Assembly (NCBI GenBank): GCA_051362555.1
Contig: CM120644.1
Location: 11,182,567 to 11,246,566 of the forward strand
DNA length: 64,000 nt
DNA from: Lingula anatina
Lineage: Eukaryota > Animalia > Brachiopoda
Reading direction: 5' to 3'
Shown: in pieces, positions 29,491-42,833 of the stretch
Layout: each line of letters opens with the position of its first letter
Position numbering within the stretch: position 1 is the first letter of the stretch
Position numbers and translations under genes: made by a program
Notes under the pieces: model-generated
Seen by the model: only the letters and a program-made list of their open reading frames with translations
Databases searched by the model: none
What the model was told of the DNA's origin: nothing

Positions 29491-30388
29491 CTAAATGTTA
29501 TAATTTTGGAGTTACCATAATGTGCCTTAAATTTCGTACAGAAAAAATTAATTAAAATAAAGAAAATGTCATTTTGGTCAAAATTCTTGAAATAGGAGGT
29601 GCTCTGAAGTTTCAGAAGTTCAAATTTGATGAAATAATGTCATTTTTGAACACAAGTTGTCTGCTTTGCCAAGCCTTATGTTTTATTTTTCCAGAGTTCA
29701 AAATTTATTATCCATTACCGTACTGCACATTTTGCTTTTACCACCAATATGTACTTTTTGATACAGCGTAACTCGAAAACCGTATGGAATACAAAAAAAC
29801 CGAGACCACCTCCAGTGTTGGGCTTTACATGCTCTACAAAATGCAAAAAAGAATGGGTCTCTAGCATTAACGGTTCCCGAATTAGAGACAGTTTTCAGTT
29901 TCGGTATCTTATGGCCGCTACTCCCGTGAAAATGCACCGATTGACCCCAAATTCATGGAGATGAAAGATGACCTGAAGGGTAACACCTTCCAATAATATT
30001 ATTGGTTAAGTCTGTGTGGTGTCTGAATAACAGGGCAAAAAAAATTTTTTTCGTAAAAAATTTAATTTTTTGGAAAATTTTGGCCCATTTGACCTTGAAG
30101 TAAAGGTCAAAGGTCAAATCCAAGGGTATATTTGAAATCTACACATATGACTTTTGGAAAGCCGTCTATAGAAATTTTTCCCATAACTCCTTCCGTAGGG
30201 TAGATAATTAGCATTTAATTTTGCCATTTTTAGACAAGGGTGCATTGCAATGAGTGCCACACCCAGACCCCAATACCGACAAAGCCCAAATTTTACGTGG
30301 AACGAGTTGAGATTATAGGTGACCTAAATCCATGAGATGGGTACGGGGGCCCTTACCGTCTAGGAGGAGAAGCGGTAACGGTAGCCGT

Positions 30389-30451
30389 CCGGCGGAGCCG
30401 GCGGAGCCGGCGGAGCCAACGGAGCCGGCGGAGCCGGCGGAGCCGGCGGAA
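30389..30451 (+). repeat. 9-bp tandem repeat (CCGGCGGAG) x7
   Basis: Read directly; two variant units. Confidence 0.95.
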
Positions 30452-31866
30452 CGATCCGGACGGGACCGAAACCATGTGTACCGCCAGCGCTAACGCTGGT
30501 GGTACAAATACTGAATGGAGAATGATTAATTTGACCAAACAGCACCATGGAAATAAAAAAGGACTTAAATTATTAAAACCACAATGCATTTTTAAACACT
30601 TGTTAACGAAATCAATGATATGAAGAATAGTTCCTCAATGGCTATGGTACTGTAAGTTGGACAAGGTACAAAACCCAAAGTACACAACAATCTGCTTTTA
30701 TCTATAAAACTACAGAAACAAAAATACTTCAAAGCAAGATGATTCATAAGTGTAAGAGTATAAATATGAGTGATTAAAAAATGCAGTGGCAATATCTGGC
30801 ACCAAACCAGGTCAACAGAGTCAGTGAAGTGTCCCATATAAAAACCTCTGTCTGGAGTGGACTAGTGACAAGGAACCAAGCAGAACAGCAGTGTGCTTTC
30901 CACCCTACTGGTTATCCCCCATGACTCCAAACCAGCAGAACTATTTTTGTCCAAATCAACATGTACATCTAGAAAAAATAGCTATTTGTCTTATTCAACT
31001 AGTGGAACTTTTTAAAAACTTCAAAACCAAAAAACTTGGTCCAAAAAACTTATCAATGGATAATGGAAAAACAATCTGAGTCAACTTCTCTAAGTCCAGT
31101 GACTTTAGTAATTAAATTTAAAGTCAATAGACTGGCATTGGTAGCCAAAGTCTCATACTGCTGTTGATCGGACTGGTTCTTTGCTAAATATAATGACTCC
31201 AATCTAGATACAACCTAAAGTGACAAATGACATTTTTTTCTGCAAATAAAAAGCCTAGGGGCATATTTCAGGATAAATCTCAGTATGAATTCCAGTGTGT
31301 CCTTAATCTGTATCAGTTCTCTATAAATATACCAGAAAATAAAAAAACAAAACACAAAGCACATAAATATATATATATATATATATGGTGGAGGTATCAT
31401 TAGTCCATTACTATTCTTTCTGGTCCTAAGCTTCTATTTTAAATCTTTTCAAAGTGAATAAACACCTGAGAAAGGTGAGAGCTGCTCTGTTCTGTTAAGG
31501 TTAAGATGAAAAGATGAAAGAGAGAAATCTGAGACGAGGTGAGACATGGATACTTCTGGACAGTTAGTGATACACTTGGATACGAGTCAAAGATCACATT
31601 GTGTTTGTATGGTGAAATTGTTTGTGCTGAAAAAAAAAAACTGGTTTGAAGTTGAACTTCTAGTTTCTATCTTAGTGCATTTATGCATTCAGTTTGTTAA
31701 AAGCATTCCTGTGTTCAAAACTTTCTCAATTTGAAATCTTTAAGATTAATCTTTTACTGTTTTATTGTTACTGGTCTTTGTTTTTGACTTTTTTAACAGG
31801 TATGCAATCTACAGGTGTGGGTCTGGACATTTTTTAAACATAGAACCTGATATCAACATGATAGGT

Positions 31867-32028
31867 CAGGGGCGGATCCAGAGATATACAGTCTTCCAAA
31901 TTATTTTTGCTGATCCAGGCTACATTTTTGACTGTCTTCCGACAGAAAAAATTAGATACCCGTCAATGAAAATTTAAAAATCTGACCGTCTTCCAGAAGA
32001 CCCAGAAGACGACCTAAATCTGTCCCTG
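31867..32028. mobile_element. MITE family C (CAGGGGCGGATCCAG terminus, hAT-like) with 5-bp TSD
   Basis: CAGGGGCGGAT...ATCTGTCCCTG ends; TAGGT at 31862-31866 and 32029-32033. Confidence 0.75.
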
Positions 32029-32503
32029 TAGGTGACTGTTAAATAACAAAAGGTCACTGTGATAAACTCTCTAATGCCTAGCATTGTACCACTGTGCCAA
32101 CTCCAAAAATATTAAATCATGAATTTCAGCCTTACATCCATCAAACGAAGTAATTACTTCACACACAACCCATCATGACAAACGTAGTCACAATTTAAAG
32201 TCATTTTATTCCTCGTCAAACAGACATCATCGCGCTGCTATGACTGCTAATTGCTGCTTGCCATTGCTCAAGTAAATGTCTTGAAACATTGCTAATTGAT
32301 GTAGGTCTGTTAATCAGGTTCTGATGATCTGATAATCTCCATATCAGTATTAATAAGCAGAACATAGAGTCCAATGTCACAGTTCCATAATAGTGCACCT
32401 GATCAACTCTGAGGCTCAGCTGTTCAGTTCATTTCAAAATTAATTAAAGATAATCAGAATTCTTAAAACATTTACTTTATTGACCAAATGAAATGAAAAG
32501 CTA

Positions 32504-32506
32504 TAT

Positions 32507-32564
<58 letters not shown>
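32504..32564. repeat. (ATTT)n microsatellite
   Basis: Read directly. Confidence 0.97.
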
Positions 32565-32565
<1 letters not shown>

Positions 32566-33769
32566 GTCAATTTATCATTGAAGTAGTTCAATTTTTTTTA
32601 CTACATGGCTATTTATCTAAAATAAAATCTAAACCAGTGTTAGACCAGGCAGTCTCATCAAGGAAAGCTCTCATCTCTTCATTAAAAATGTCATCTTACT
32701 TAAAAAATTAGATAAAACAATTATATGAACCAAGGACATTAATATGTATGATATTTACTCATCAATACAATAATCTGCTGAGATAAAACAGCCATTTTCC
32801 CCAATTGTCTGGTATTCAGTTATATGAGATGTTAAAACATTTAATGTCTCCCAGCACCTTCATAAAATGGCTATAAAACACTTCTCAGTTCGCCATTAGA
32901 GACATGTTTTATCATAAATTTTATGTGTTGGACTGGAAACCTGCTGTATTTTTTTCATGTGAAAGTAAGAAATTTATCCAATCTTTCTCCGAGACCCGTT
33001 TCAGTGACAGTAATTATATATCAGAGGTTTGATATGTTTAAAAACAAAACATTTAAACCTGCACAGAGATGATATGAAACCCAGGCATCAGTAAAATATT
33101 TAAATGAGCCAACAGAGGCTATATTTAAAAACAAAAGTCACTTTCATATTAGAGCTACAAATTGGATATTTTGATGTTTTTCTTCATAATCTTTAAGATC
33201 ACCAGTTACGATTCTTCTCAAATGACTTGACGAAAATGATTAATTTTTTTCATTTGCCTTTATCATATATCACCCACAGGTTGTTATCCTCAGGCTATGT
33301 CCCCATAATATCAGTTAGTGTGGTATAAGAGCCCTGTGTAAGGCACTTCACTATCATTTTCATGCAAAGGAAATGAGATGTGGCAGTAATTACATGCTGC
33401 GGTGTCTTCTTCCCTGTCATTACACTGGGAAGTGTGCCCAGTACTTGAGGGGGGAGACAGAAAGAGAGAGAGAGTGAAAGAGAGGGAGAGGGGCAGCAAG
33501 CAGTGAAAGGGGGGGGGGGAGAGAGAGAGTGGGGCTAAATCAGACTTTGTACTGTGCAAGTATTGGCAGTATATGTAGACAGCCATGTTTGTATCCTGGA
33601 ATTGAAATATGTCTCAATATTTTATCTTTAGGATGGTGAAAATTTATTTACCTTTCTAAATGAATGGGGATACAAGTGTATCATCTAATTTGATCCCAAT
33701 GTTGACAAAATTTGATTGATCATTTTTTGGGGGTTGTTAATCAAATCTTCTGGCAGAGACTTTGACTAT

Positions 33770-33958
33770 CAAGACGGAAAGACGTGAAGACCTGGTTTAC
33801 TATTACAATCATTAATGAAACATTAAACCAGTTTTCAGATTTTCAAATTTACATTGACAGTTATCTATTTTTTCTATTGGAAGACGGTCAAAACTGGAGG
33901 ATGAATCAACAAAGATAATTTGGAAGACTGTAAGTAAATAGCTCTGGATCCGCCCCTG
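33770..33958. mobile_element. MITE family C, inverted second copy
   Basis: Reverse complement of 31867-32000, ending CTGGATCCGCCCCTG; left end degraded. Confidence 0.7.
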
Positions 33959-35671
33959 AAAATAACAAAAAATAGCTAGTGTTTTTGACCATAAGCTTGT
34001 TTTAGTAGGCTAAGTGGTGTATCCTTAAAGTTCAGCCTAAAAGTGAAGACAAATTACTGATCTAAAACTCATCTGCAAAACCTGCATCAGACGTATAGAC
34101 TTCTCCCCATGTTACAGCTGGTAATGACTTTTCAACTGTTAAAAAGGACTGTATTTTGTCTTGTAACTGTAACTCAAGGCCTGTGTAATGAGGGCTGGGG
34201 CTCTAGTGGAAACCATTGTCTTCACCTAGACTGGGTACCTTGGAAAGGTAATAACATCAATCACAGGTGAAGTTTACCTGGTCCATACATAACACTTGCC
34301 CCATTAAGTACTCGAGTGAAAAAAGTTATTGTCAGGTAAGAGATCTGTTGAAACAATATATAAATCAACACCTTCCCTTTTTTCATTCATCAAAGAGTCA
34401 CTCCTCGCTGCATCAAAACATCAGAGATATGTCCACCTTTTATTGCTCAAGGTTTCAAACAAAAATGGACTTTTTTCTACAATAATATCAACTTACTACA
34501 GTGACCATTTTTTACAAAAATTAATTTTAGTTTAATTTCTACTGAGAAAAGGATTTTTCCACAAATGCCTTCACTGTAAATTATATAACTAAATGAAACA
34601 AGAATGTCTACAAATAACTCACAAGATAAAACTAATTTGATGCTGTATCTATAAAGATAGTAACCAAAGGACAAAACAAAATAGCCACACAAAAACCCTC
34701 TAAATGTTATCATATCTAAGACATGACAGTAACTCAGAAAAAACTTTCGCTATAACAAGATGCACCAAGACATTGCATAAAAAATCAACACCAAATAATA
34801 GGAGGTATGATTTTAAAAAACCTACAGCTTTGAAGAAGATAGCAAAAGAGAGAAAAATCTGATAAAATAGTCATTCAGTGATAAACTTTTTTGCCCTAAC
34901 AATTTATAATTTAATCTTTGATCAGAGATTGCAGGAGGTGTGGGGATTGCACGCGTTGATACGAACAGTGGTGGTTTTGGAACAATCTAGGGTGATATCC
35001 CTCCCTCTTGAGGTCATCACAAATAACCAGAGAGATTTATTACACTAGCTTCTGCTGGGCGTAATTTGAAGGCTTGTCTACATGAGATTTCAAAATTAAG
35101 AGAAAAACTGCCAAATTCTAAATTGGTGTACGTTGATACAGAGTGAAAAACAAAGTGATAGTGTGTATGTCAGAAATCAAAACATTCAAAAGAACTCAAA
35201 ATGCACTTCTGTTGTACAAAATGTACATTTTTGGATCATTTTCTGAACTATTTTCACAAATACGAGAGAAAGGGCAATTATCTCAGTGAAAACATATATC
35301 ACCTAAAGAAAAACAATACACCACTTTTAGATGTGTTAATAAAAGTGGTAATAGTGCAATTTATTACAGGACATCACTTTCTTCAAAACAATTGTGAAAG
35401 CAGCTCTGAATCATAACAAGAAAAACAAGGGTGAGGCAAAGAAAGCAATTTTTTAAAGACCTTGTTGGTGCTATCCATCAAGATTTAAAGGCGCCATCCA
35501 CCAAGCCAAAAGTTCCATTTTGACTTCGTTTCTGTAAATAGACCTACCAAAAATATTTATGCATCTGAACAAAATCAATTTATTTCATTTAACATATTCT
35601 AAAATAATGTCTTGTCTTTATGGCCCTGCATCATTACTTTCTTGCATTGTTACACCCACCCACCCCCCACC

Positions 35672-35968
35672 CCGGTAGCCTTAGCAATACTTTTAGCCTA
35701 GCCAAATCACTACCTTTTCATGACTTTTTTTCTCCAAATAGTTTAAATTTGACCAAAGCAAATCAAATTAGCCTTTTAATGTCTATTTTGTTTAGCCATT
35801 TTAAGGTAGTAATTAACAGTAAATTGTCAAAATTTGGGTGTTTTTCTGAATTTGTCAGTATTAGATAGATGAAATATCAACTTCATATCAGCCTATCTTA
35901 AAATAATGGAAGTTTACAAATAAACCCGTAATTTTAGCCTAATTGCTGATTTACCCCTGTGGTAGCGT
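35672..35968. mobile_element. Diverged, inverted relative of MITE family B
   Basis: TAGCCAAATCAC is the reverse complement of GTGATTTGGCTA in the 7221 copy; further patchy matches; ends unclear. Confidence 0.4.
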
Positions 35969-36620
35969 GTCTGAGTTTTAAAGTAGGTCACACTTGTCCA
36001 TATATGTGTTTGATTGGCAGCTCCACTGTGCAGCTGTATATTTCTCGTACTAGATTGCTGCTAAGCCTTTCACATTCTGTGAGTAACGTCGCGCTTTCAC
36101 TTGCCAAACAATACTTTTCATTTTGAATTTATCAGTGAACTTAATTCTGACGATCTATTAAAGCTTTAAAAAGCAGACATATAGATGAGACGTATATGGG
36201 CAAAGGCACTCCCCCTAGGTGTCACGTGGTGAAGAAGGCTGACGTCACGACTAACATGGTGGCTGCTGTCAATGCATGGAGGGGGCCTCCGGTTGAAAAT
36301 GTTCAATAATAATGTTGAAAATGGATGAAAGACATAGTGACAGTTACATGGGCAGTGAGTAGAGGGCTGAACCAGTATAAATAACTAAATTTCTCAGCTT
36401 GCCAATGCAGCTCACTGATTATATAACGTTGGAATCTCTGGGGAGCACTAAAAGGCTGATTTCTCTGCTTCAGTTTATGGCTTCAAGAGAACGATTTAGA
36501 CCAGTGTCAAAATTAATTAGAACTCTCAACCGATGAAAGCTGGTATTCATTCGTTAGATCTAAGGTTTGTCTGAAAGTATGTGTCTGGGATTTCATAACA
36601 TCAGCTCCGTTTTCAACTTT

Positions 36621-37164
36621 GAGCGCATTCTCAACGAATTAAGCCAGGCTTTACAAAGCCGGTGACCTAAAAATGGCGGACGTACATGAAAGAAAAACCG
36701 CCTAATCTTTTAATAGTCTCTCCGCCTCTCACACGCCTCCCCACACGTCGTCCCTGCGGGGTACAGTAATTAAATCTCGGCTCCGAACATTAATATTTCC
36801 GTGAATATCTCTGGTGATATTATCTCCGTAGATAGTCGATTCATTGCTGCTCTACGGGCCAAATTATTCCTTTTTCGTCTCTGTTTTCAAAGATAATAGA
36901 ACAGAAGAGCTTTTTTCCTTCGATCGCCTTCAGCCGCCATGCTTTCTTCACCACGAGTTTAACTGATGAGCATGCGCACTTAATATTTCTCAGGTAGCTT
37001 CCGCATGGTGAACGGAGACGCGATTTAATTACTGTACCCCGCAGGGACGACGTGTGGGGCGGCGGAGATTATTATGAGATTAGGCGGTTTTTCTTTCATG
37101 TACGTCCGCCATTTTTAGGTCACCGGCTTTGTAAAGCCTGGCTTAATTCGTTGAGAATGCGCTC
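36621..37164. mobile_element. Foldback MITE family A, copy 2
   Basis: Long inverted repeats GAGCGCATTCTCAACGAATTAAGCCAGG...CCTGGCTTAATTCGTTGAGAATGCGCTC; flanks TTT/TTA; retains an internal spacer missing from copy 1. Confidence 0.9.
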
Positions 37165-37933
37165 TTAGGCATGCTTTAGTTAGGCTAGGGGGTCTCGTGA
37201 ACTGGAAACCAAGTTTATTTTGATATCTCTGCTAATTTAACACATATCGCTAATTTGAGGCGCATTCTTGTTGATCCCTATGAAGGTTCACGAGGCAAGC
37301 TGTCTACACATGTCCATTTGTAGTGGACTTCTAGTTTTTAAGGTGTAAAGATCATGTTGAGCACACCTATTAAGCATTATATCTCATTACGTAATGATTA
37401 CATAATAAAATAAGAATATGAAATGAAGAGCTGTTGAAATAAGCTTTCTATTGATATGTAACATGTTGGTATATCTTGGCCGGTTTAGAAGATAGCTACC
37501 CCTGTTATCTACATCCTTAAGTCAGTTTTAAACTAAACTGGTAAGTGTTAGTGCTGATGTTTGGGCCTTTGGAAAGAATATTTTTAATGTGGGGAGGAAT
37601 TTAACTGTTGATAATCACCAGATAAAAGATCTGCACAGAAAGACGGAAACTGGGAACCACATAAAGACAACACAATGAAAAAATGGCCTGTTAAAATTCA
37701 CAACAACACCAAGCCTGTCTCCAGGGTTCTAAATTTGCGCCAGAAACCCCAGCCACACATCAAAAAGAACAGGTGCGGGCGACATAACTGACACTGATCA
37801 CCAAATACGACAAAATTTATAATCATTTCAGGAACATTAACAGCACTGTGAGACATGTTACATAGGGTTAGGTATACATAGTGCCTTGTTATGTCGCAGT
37901 ATCTTGCTTTTTTATATTCTGGAATAAGGAGGA

Positions 37934-37935
<2 letters not shown>

Positions 37936-37980
<45 letters not shown>
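37936..37980. repeat. Poly-T tract of ~45 nt
   Basis: Read directly. Confidence 0.95.
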
Positions 37981-37982
<2 letters not shown>

Positions 37983-40900
37983 GAAAAGTGCCAAATAACT
38001 TATTACCAGTTTTCCACACCTCTAAAGATGCGCACCTAATTTTAGAGGGTACATGTTTCTACCTAAATGCATTTCATTTGTTTACAGAATCAAAACATAG
38101 GTGAAAATAATATTAGTTAAAATCAACTATAAAATGTCTTTTTTTACAAAAGGAGAGAGAAAGATACAACAAAGAGATATTATCTGTTGAAAAAAAATGG
38201 ATCAGCCAAAGATGAAATGGACAACCCTGCCCCTTCGAAACAGAAAGAATTTGATGTGATTAGGAATACACTTTACATGCAATGTTGTCATTTAAAAACA
38301 ATCACCATATTAAGCAGCAATGTGTGTCCTCATAAAGGGGACAAGTCAAGGCTCTCATCTAAATACATTAAAATAAAACTCCAAATCCAAACCCCAATTC
38401 CTCTTCATAATTATTATAATAGTAACTGATAATAATTAAGATTTATTATTAATTTACTGTTACTATGGCTATTCATCAAACAATAGAATATGATCTAGCA
38501 ATAAGTCTAATAGCAAAGAATGATGGATCAACTTGTTCCGCATGCGCTCAAAGTAAACTTGGCAACTGTGTCTGCCAGAACACTACACTGAACACATATG
38601 AACTTGCATGGGTTGGTTAGTGAGTGTTTATGTAAACCCTGTAAAACTTAACCCAAATTATTTATTTTTTTAAAACCCTGTATATAATATATGTCAGTTT
38701 TAATAGTCTATTTAACGGACTAAAGTGTTTTCCAAACAAAAGTAAACATACTGTCAAACACAGTGTACTGAGTAGCTATCATTATGATGCCCAGTGCAGT
38801 TTCAGTTAATGAAATTCTTCCAAGGAAAAGTTGTAATGGTTATTGCTTTGACCATTAATGTGCTTACTGGTGTCATTTTCTTCTTGATGAAGTGTAACTT
38901 TCCTTTCAATGAGAATCTAGTCAATGCACCTGCACAATTTCCTCTGGGTTGAGTTATTCTAAAATAATTTACCCCTGTTAAGAAAAAAAATGAATGGCCT
39001 CCACAAAAGATTAAGATATTTATCTGATTAAATATTAATCTGCTTCATGACAAATTAAATCCATCATGATGAAAAGTGGTTATTCAGCAGAAATGGCAAG
39101 TTAAGCAAAGAGATGATAACTGTTATCCAGGTTCACCACCTCATCTTCACGGTCTGACAAATAACTTCATAAATCTTCGAGGAGCCTCAGGCAAATAATG
39201 AAAATTGTCAGCCGGTGTCAAAAAGGTTACAGGAAAATATGTCGTGAAATCTAAGATCTAAGACCCCAGTCTTGGAAAAAAATTGTTGAATTTTAATATC
39301 AGATGTTGGTCCACGAAAATATATTATTTTGCAATGAAGCTATAAGTGGAAAATGATAGGACCTGTCCAGAGGACTGAATTATTATTATTATTTCTAAAT
39401 GTAAGTTTTCAGTGAGGATAAAACCATTGACCAAAAAGAAGGAAAGATAAATGATCAGCCCAAATGCACATTTTAGGTGTAGGGAATTTAAATGAAAATC
39501 TCTCATAAAGGCTATCACAAATACTGTTTACAAATTGAATACGGCTATACAAAGTGATGTCATGGTGCAAATATTACAGGAAAATTTAATCACTATACTA
39601 GTTTAAGATGCTGCAGGATATGGCTTGCTGCAAGATCAAACGAGCTGACCCAAGTCTCGAGCCAGAAGCTCAATTTTTGGGCTCCAAAAATAGAAGTATA
39701 AACAAGAAATGGACAATGACTTGCAAAATCATGACACCCAATTCATCAGAAGGTGTACGGGCAGGAAATGAAGGGGTCAAGTACGTCTTGCCAGAGGCTG
39801 ATGAGTGAAAAACTGGACCAAATATGATCATGAAATCAACTTAATTCATGATTCACTTTCAAACAAAGGCACGCAAAATTGCATGTTATGTTATCCTTTT
39901 ATGTCCATACAAGCTATGAGCTGAACCAACAGAGGAATAAAAAATTGAGACCCAAAAAAGGCAATTTAAAAAAAAATGGCCTAAATTTCTCCATGGCAAG
40001 TAGGAAAACCAAAAGGTCATACCCCCTCCCTTCTTAATATATTGGATCCATTAATGCTTTTTTATCATAATACGGTGACCAAATTTCCATTTATGTAAGG
40101 CAACATATAGCAAATTACAATATTGCATGCAGGGGGCAAGAGTTATATATGATCCAGTGTTGAGTATGAGTAGAAGATAAAGAAGGGTGTTTGGCTAACA
40201 GCTACAGTATGATAAAGACACAAAACTATTTTTTAATACACAATAATATGCAGAAAACTTGCATGCATCCATTCTAATAAAACATTAGGAAAGCAGTTCA
40301 CTAAAGGCTGAAAAAAAAGTTGGTGTGCCACCAAAAACTATTTCATGTGTAGCCCTTACACATACAGACTAACAGAGATTAATGAAGGTTCATTAGAAAA
40401 AGTGAGATGAAATTAAAGTCTAGGTCCAAGCAAAGGAAACATAGTTTGTTGACATCAGGGATGACTTTTTGGCTTCCAAAATAAGGAGAATCCCCTAAAA
40501 GTCCGATAAAGCACCAACACCGACCAAAATGTCCTGGCGTCAAAAAGTCAGAAAAATCTCAGGACCCAAACTAACCAGTGTTATGCTGCATGCAACACCA
40601 TGCAAAGGTCTACATTTGGATGCATATAGCGCACTCAGTGCACAATCAGACAAATATTTCACCAAAAGACAATCTGCCACAGGGTTTTAAGCCGATTCTT
40701 ACAAGCACCATCTCCATAAAAACAGGAGCCAATGGTTCTGTCCTCCAGTTCTGGTCTTGTAAATATAAACATCAAATGACAACATCAGGCTGGAATCCAT
40801 GTTAAGTTCTTTCATATGATGTGACAATAATAGCCTTTATTTCCAATCTAAAATACATTACCTTGGAACAATGCATACAAAACAGGGCAAGTACAAAATA

Positions 40901-42632
40901 AGTATTGCCTTTTTGACCTAATTAATAATGGACCACATTTCTAGGCATATAGTGCAGTTAAAAAAGCACTAAAGTACATACTATCTCAGTAAACTCCTTA
41001 AGTACCAAAGGCAACGAATCTTTTAAAAAATCATCCCAATGGCCATGCTCAGAAACAAAGCGCAGGGTTCCAGAGAGATTAGACTGACTTCCCATGGTTT
41101 AAACTCTATTTTGGATCCTAACAAGAAATATACATATTATATATTGTTGATATCCAAAAGATTAAAGTGGTTTTCCATTGTTTTAAACTGTAATCACAAG
41201 ATTCAGCTAATGTGTCATGTACTTCATAACACTGTCTCGACTTAAATGGAAATGTACTCAAACACACACATCTCAGACCCAATGAAGGTACACTGTCTCA
41301 GTTTATATACAAATGCACCCCAACACACAAATACATACTTCAGACCCATAAAGTTACATTGTTCCAACTAAAATGAGAACACAGTTATATACACAAGCAT
41401 CTCAGTCACCCCATGACACAATGCTGTTCCAACTTAAATGGAAACATGCCCAAATGCACACACAAACACACAAGTGCGTGCACACATGCACACACATCAG
41501 TTGCCATGAATTGACACCAGGAGGGTGTAGGACATGGTCAAGTTGAGCCATGTTCAAGTTCAGCTTTCGGCAGAAGTCACAAAACTTGCCAAAAGCTAAA
41601 CTGGCCATGAAGCCCAGTCACTGCCACACTTTAGCATTGTGTTTTATGCAGCCAGTGAGACCCGGAAAGAATGGTTGAGAGAAAGGCCTGGACAGACGAG
41701 GTTTGGACTGTGAAAACTATTTACAGTAGAAGACTATTTCCCCCCAGGTAATTGGTAAGGATAAGAATCTGTCACTTGGTTGTTTATTTCCTGCAAGTAC
41801 AGGAGACATGCCTATTTATCTTTAAGCTATGCTTCCTCCTGTACATAAAAAAGAACAAACAAAAAAAAAAGTCACGCAATAGCTGCAGGAACTAATAAAT
41901 TAATTTTCATAAAAAGCTCATCTAGAAAAAAGAATAAATCATACCCAGAATCACATGCCTTGTGAATTTGTGCAAAAATACTTCCTTTTTCATACACTTG
42001 CATTCAATTCAACTCTACATTACTTCAACATGCACACCTTTAAGACCTTTCTCTCACAACTTCACTTGCATTTCACTATCACGGTAAAAAAATTATCATC
42101 TTAATGAGTTGCCAACACGCCAGTGCTAATAATAATAAGGTCTATTGTGTAATATCTAATCAACAACAGAACAACACCTGAAAGCACTTGGAGTCTGTCC
42201 TGAATAATATGTAGAATACCTGTAAATGTGTACACTTGACAACTCGGACAGACTGGAATCATTGTGTTAGAGAAGACGCCTCACACTACATAGTCAAGAT
42301 TCCAACCAAGAGAGAAATCACTGACATAACTGTGTTAGTTGTGTTGGGAGTGCCAACAAACCAACCATGGGCAAAAAATCACAGCATGCTTCAATTAACA
42401 AAAATCACAGGACACAAATAATATATATACAGTAAGTATATTATGTTTATAGACTAAGTATTAGAAGTTCATTGTTGTGATTGTTGAGACATTTAAATGT
42501 CATCTAAAGCATGCTTAATAATGTTAGCATGCTCCAACTTACATCCCTCTATCATCTGATATTTTCTGCTCCATCCTAAAAGACAAAGTGCCATTAAAAA
42601 ACATGATAACTTTTTTTTCAATTTCAGTTTAC

Positions 42633-42755
42633 CTTTCTTTCCCCCTCCTGCTGGTTGCTAGCTGTGTCATTCTCCCCAGAGCTCCGTCTCCGTACCCAGC
42701 ACCAGCACTGTAGGATGTGCGTAATACTTTGGCTTCTTCATGAAGACGTTTTCTC
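42633..42755 (-). CDS. CCDC177: CCDC177-like exon 8 (RKRLHEEAKVLRTSYSAGAGYGDGALGRMTQLATSRRGKER)
   Basis: Strong acceptor cttttattttttcag, donor AG|GTAAAC; 123 nt, phase 2/2; open. Confidence 0.75.
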
Positions 42756-42833
42756 CTGAAAAAATAAAAGTAATAAATAAATAAATAAATACAAGATTCA
42801 TGTGAATATCCTGAAAGATTTTAAAAGCATTAA

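Larger units (their letters stand above)
27717..30510 (+). mobile_element. Non-autonomous Helentron-associated (HINE/DINE-1/pearl-like) element carrying a tandem array
   Basis: 5' AACTAG and hairpin GAGGCG-atac-CGCCTC (27732-27747); 13-bp subterminal inverted repeat TTGTACCACCAGC (27754-27766) / GCTGGTGGTACAA (30495-30507); internal tandem array; GC-rich simple repeat; 3' hairpin 30477-30506. Confidence 0.72.

Noticed and set aside
30353-30589. ORFs with RRLRRL or PPAPPA repeats
   Set aside because: Translations of the 9-bp repeat inside the mobile element.
41402-41608. ORF MASLAFGKFCDFCRK... as another alternative first exon
   Set aside because: The nearest donor is weak and phase 1, incompatible with the phase-2 acceptor at 16462; the ORF runs into a CA-rich repeat.
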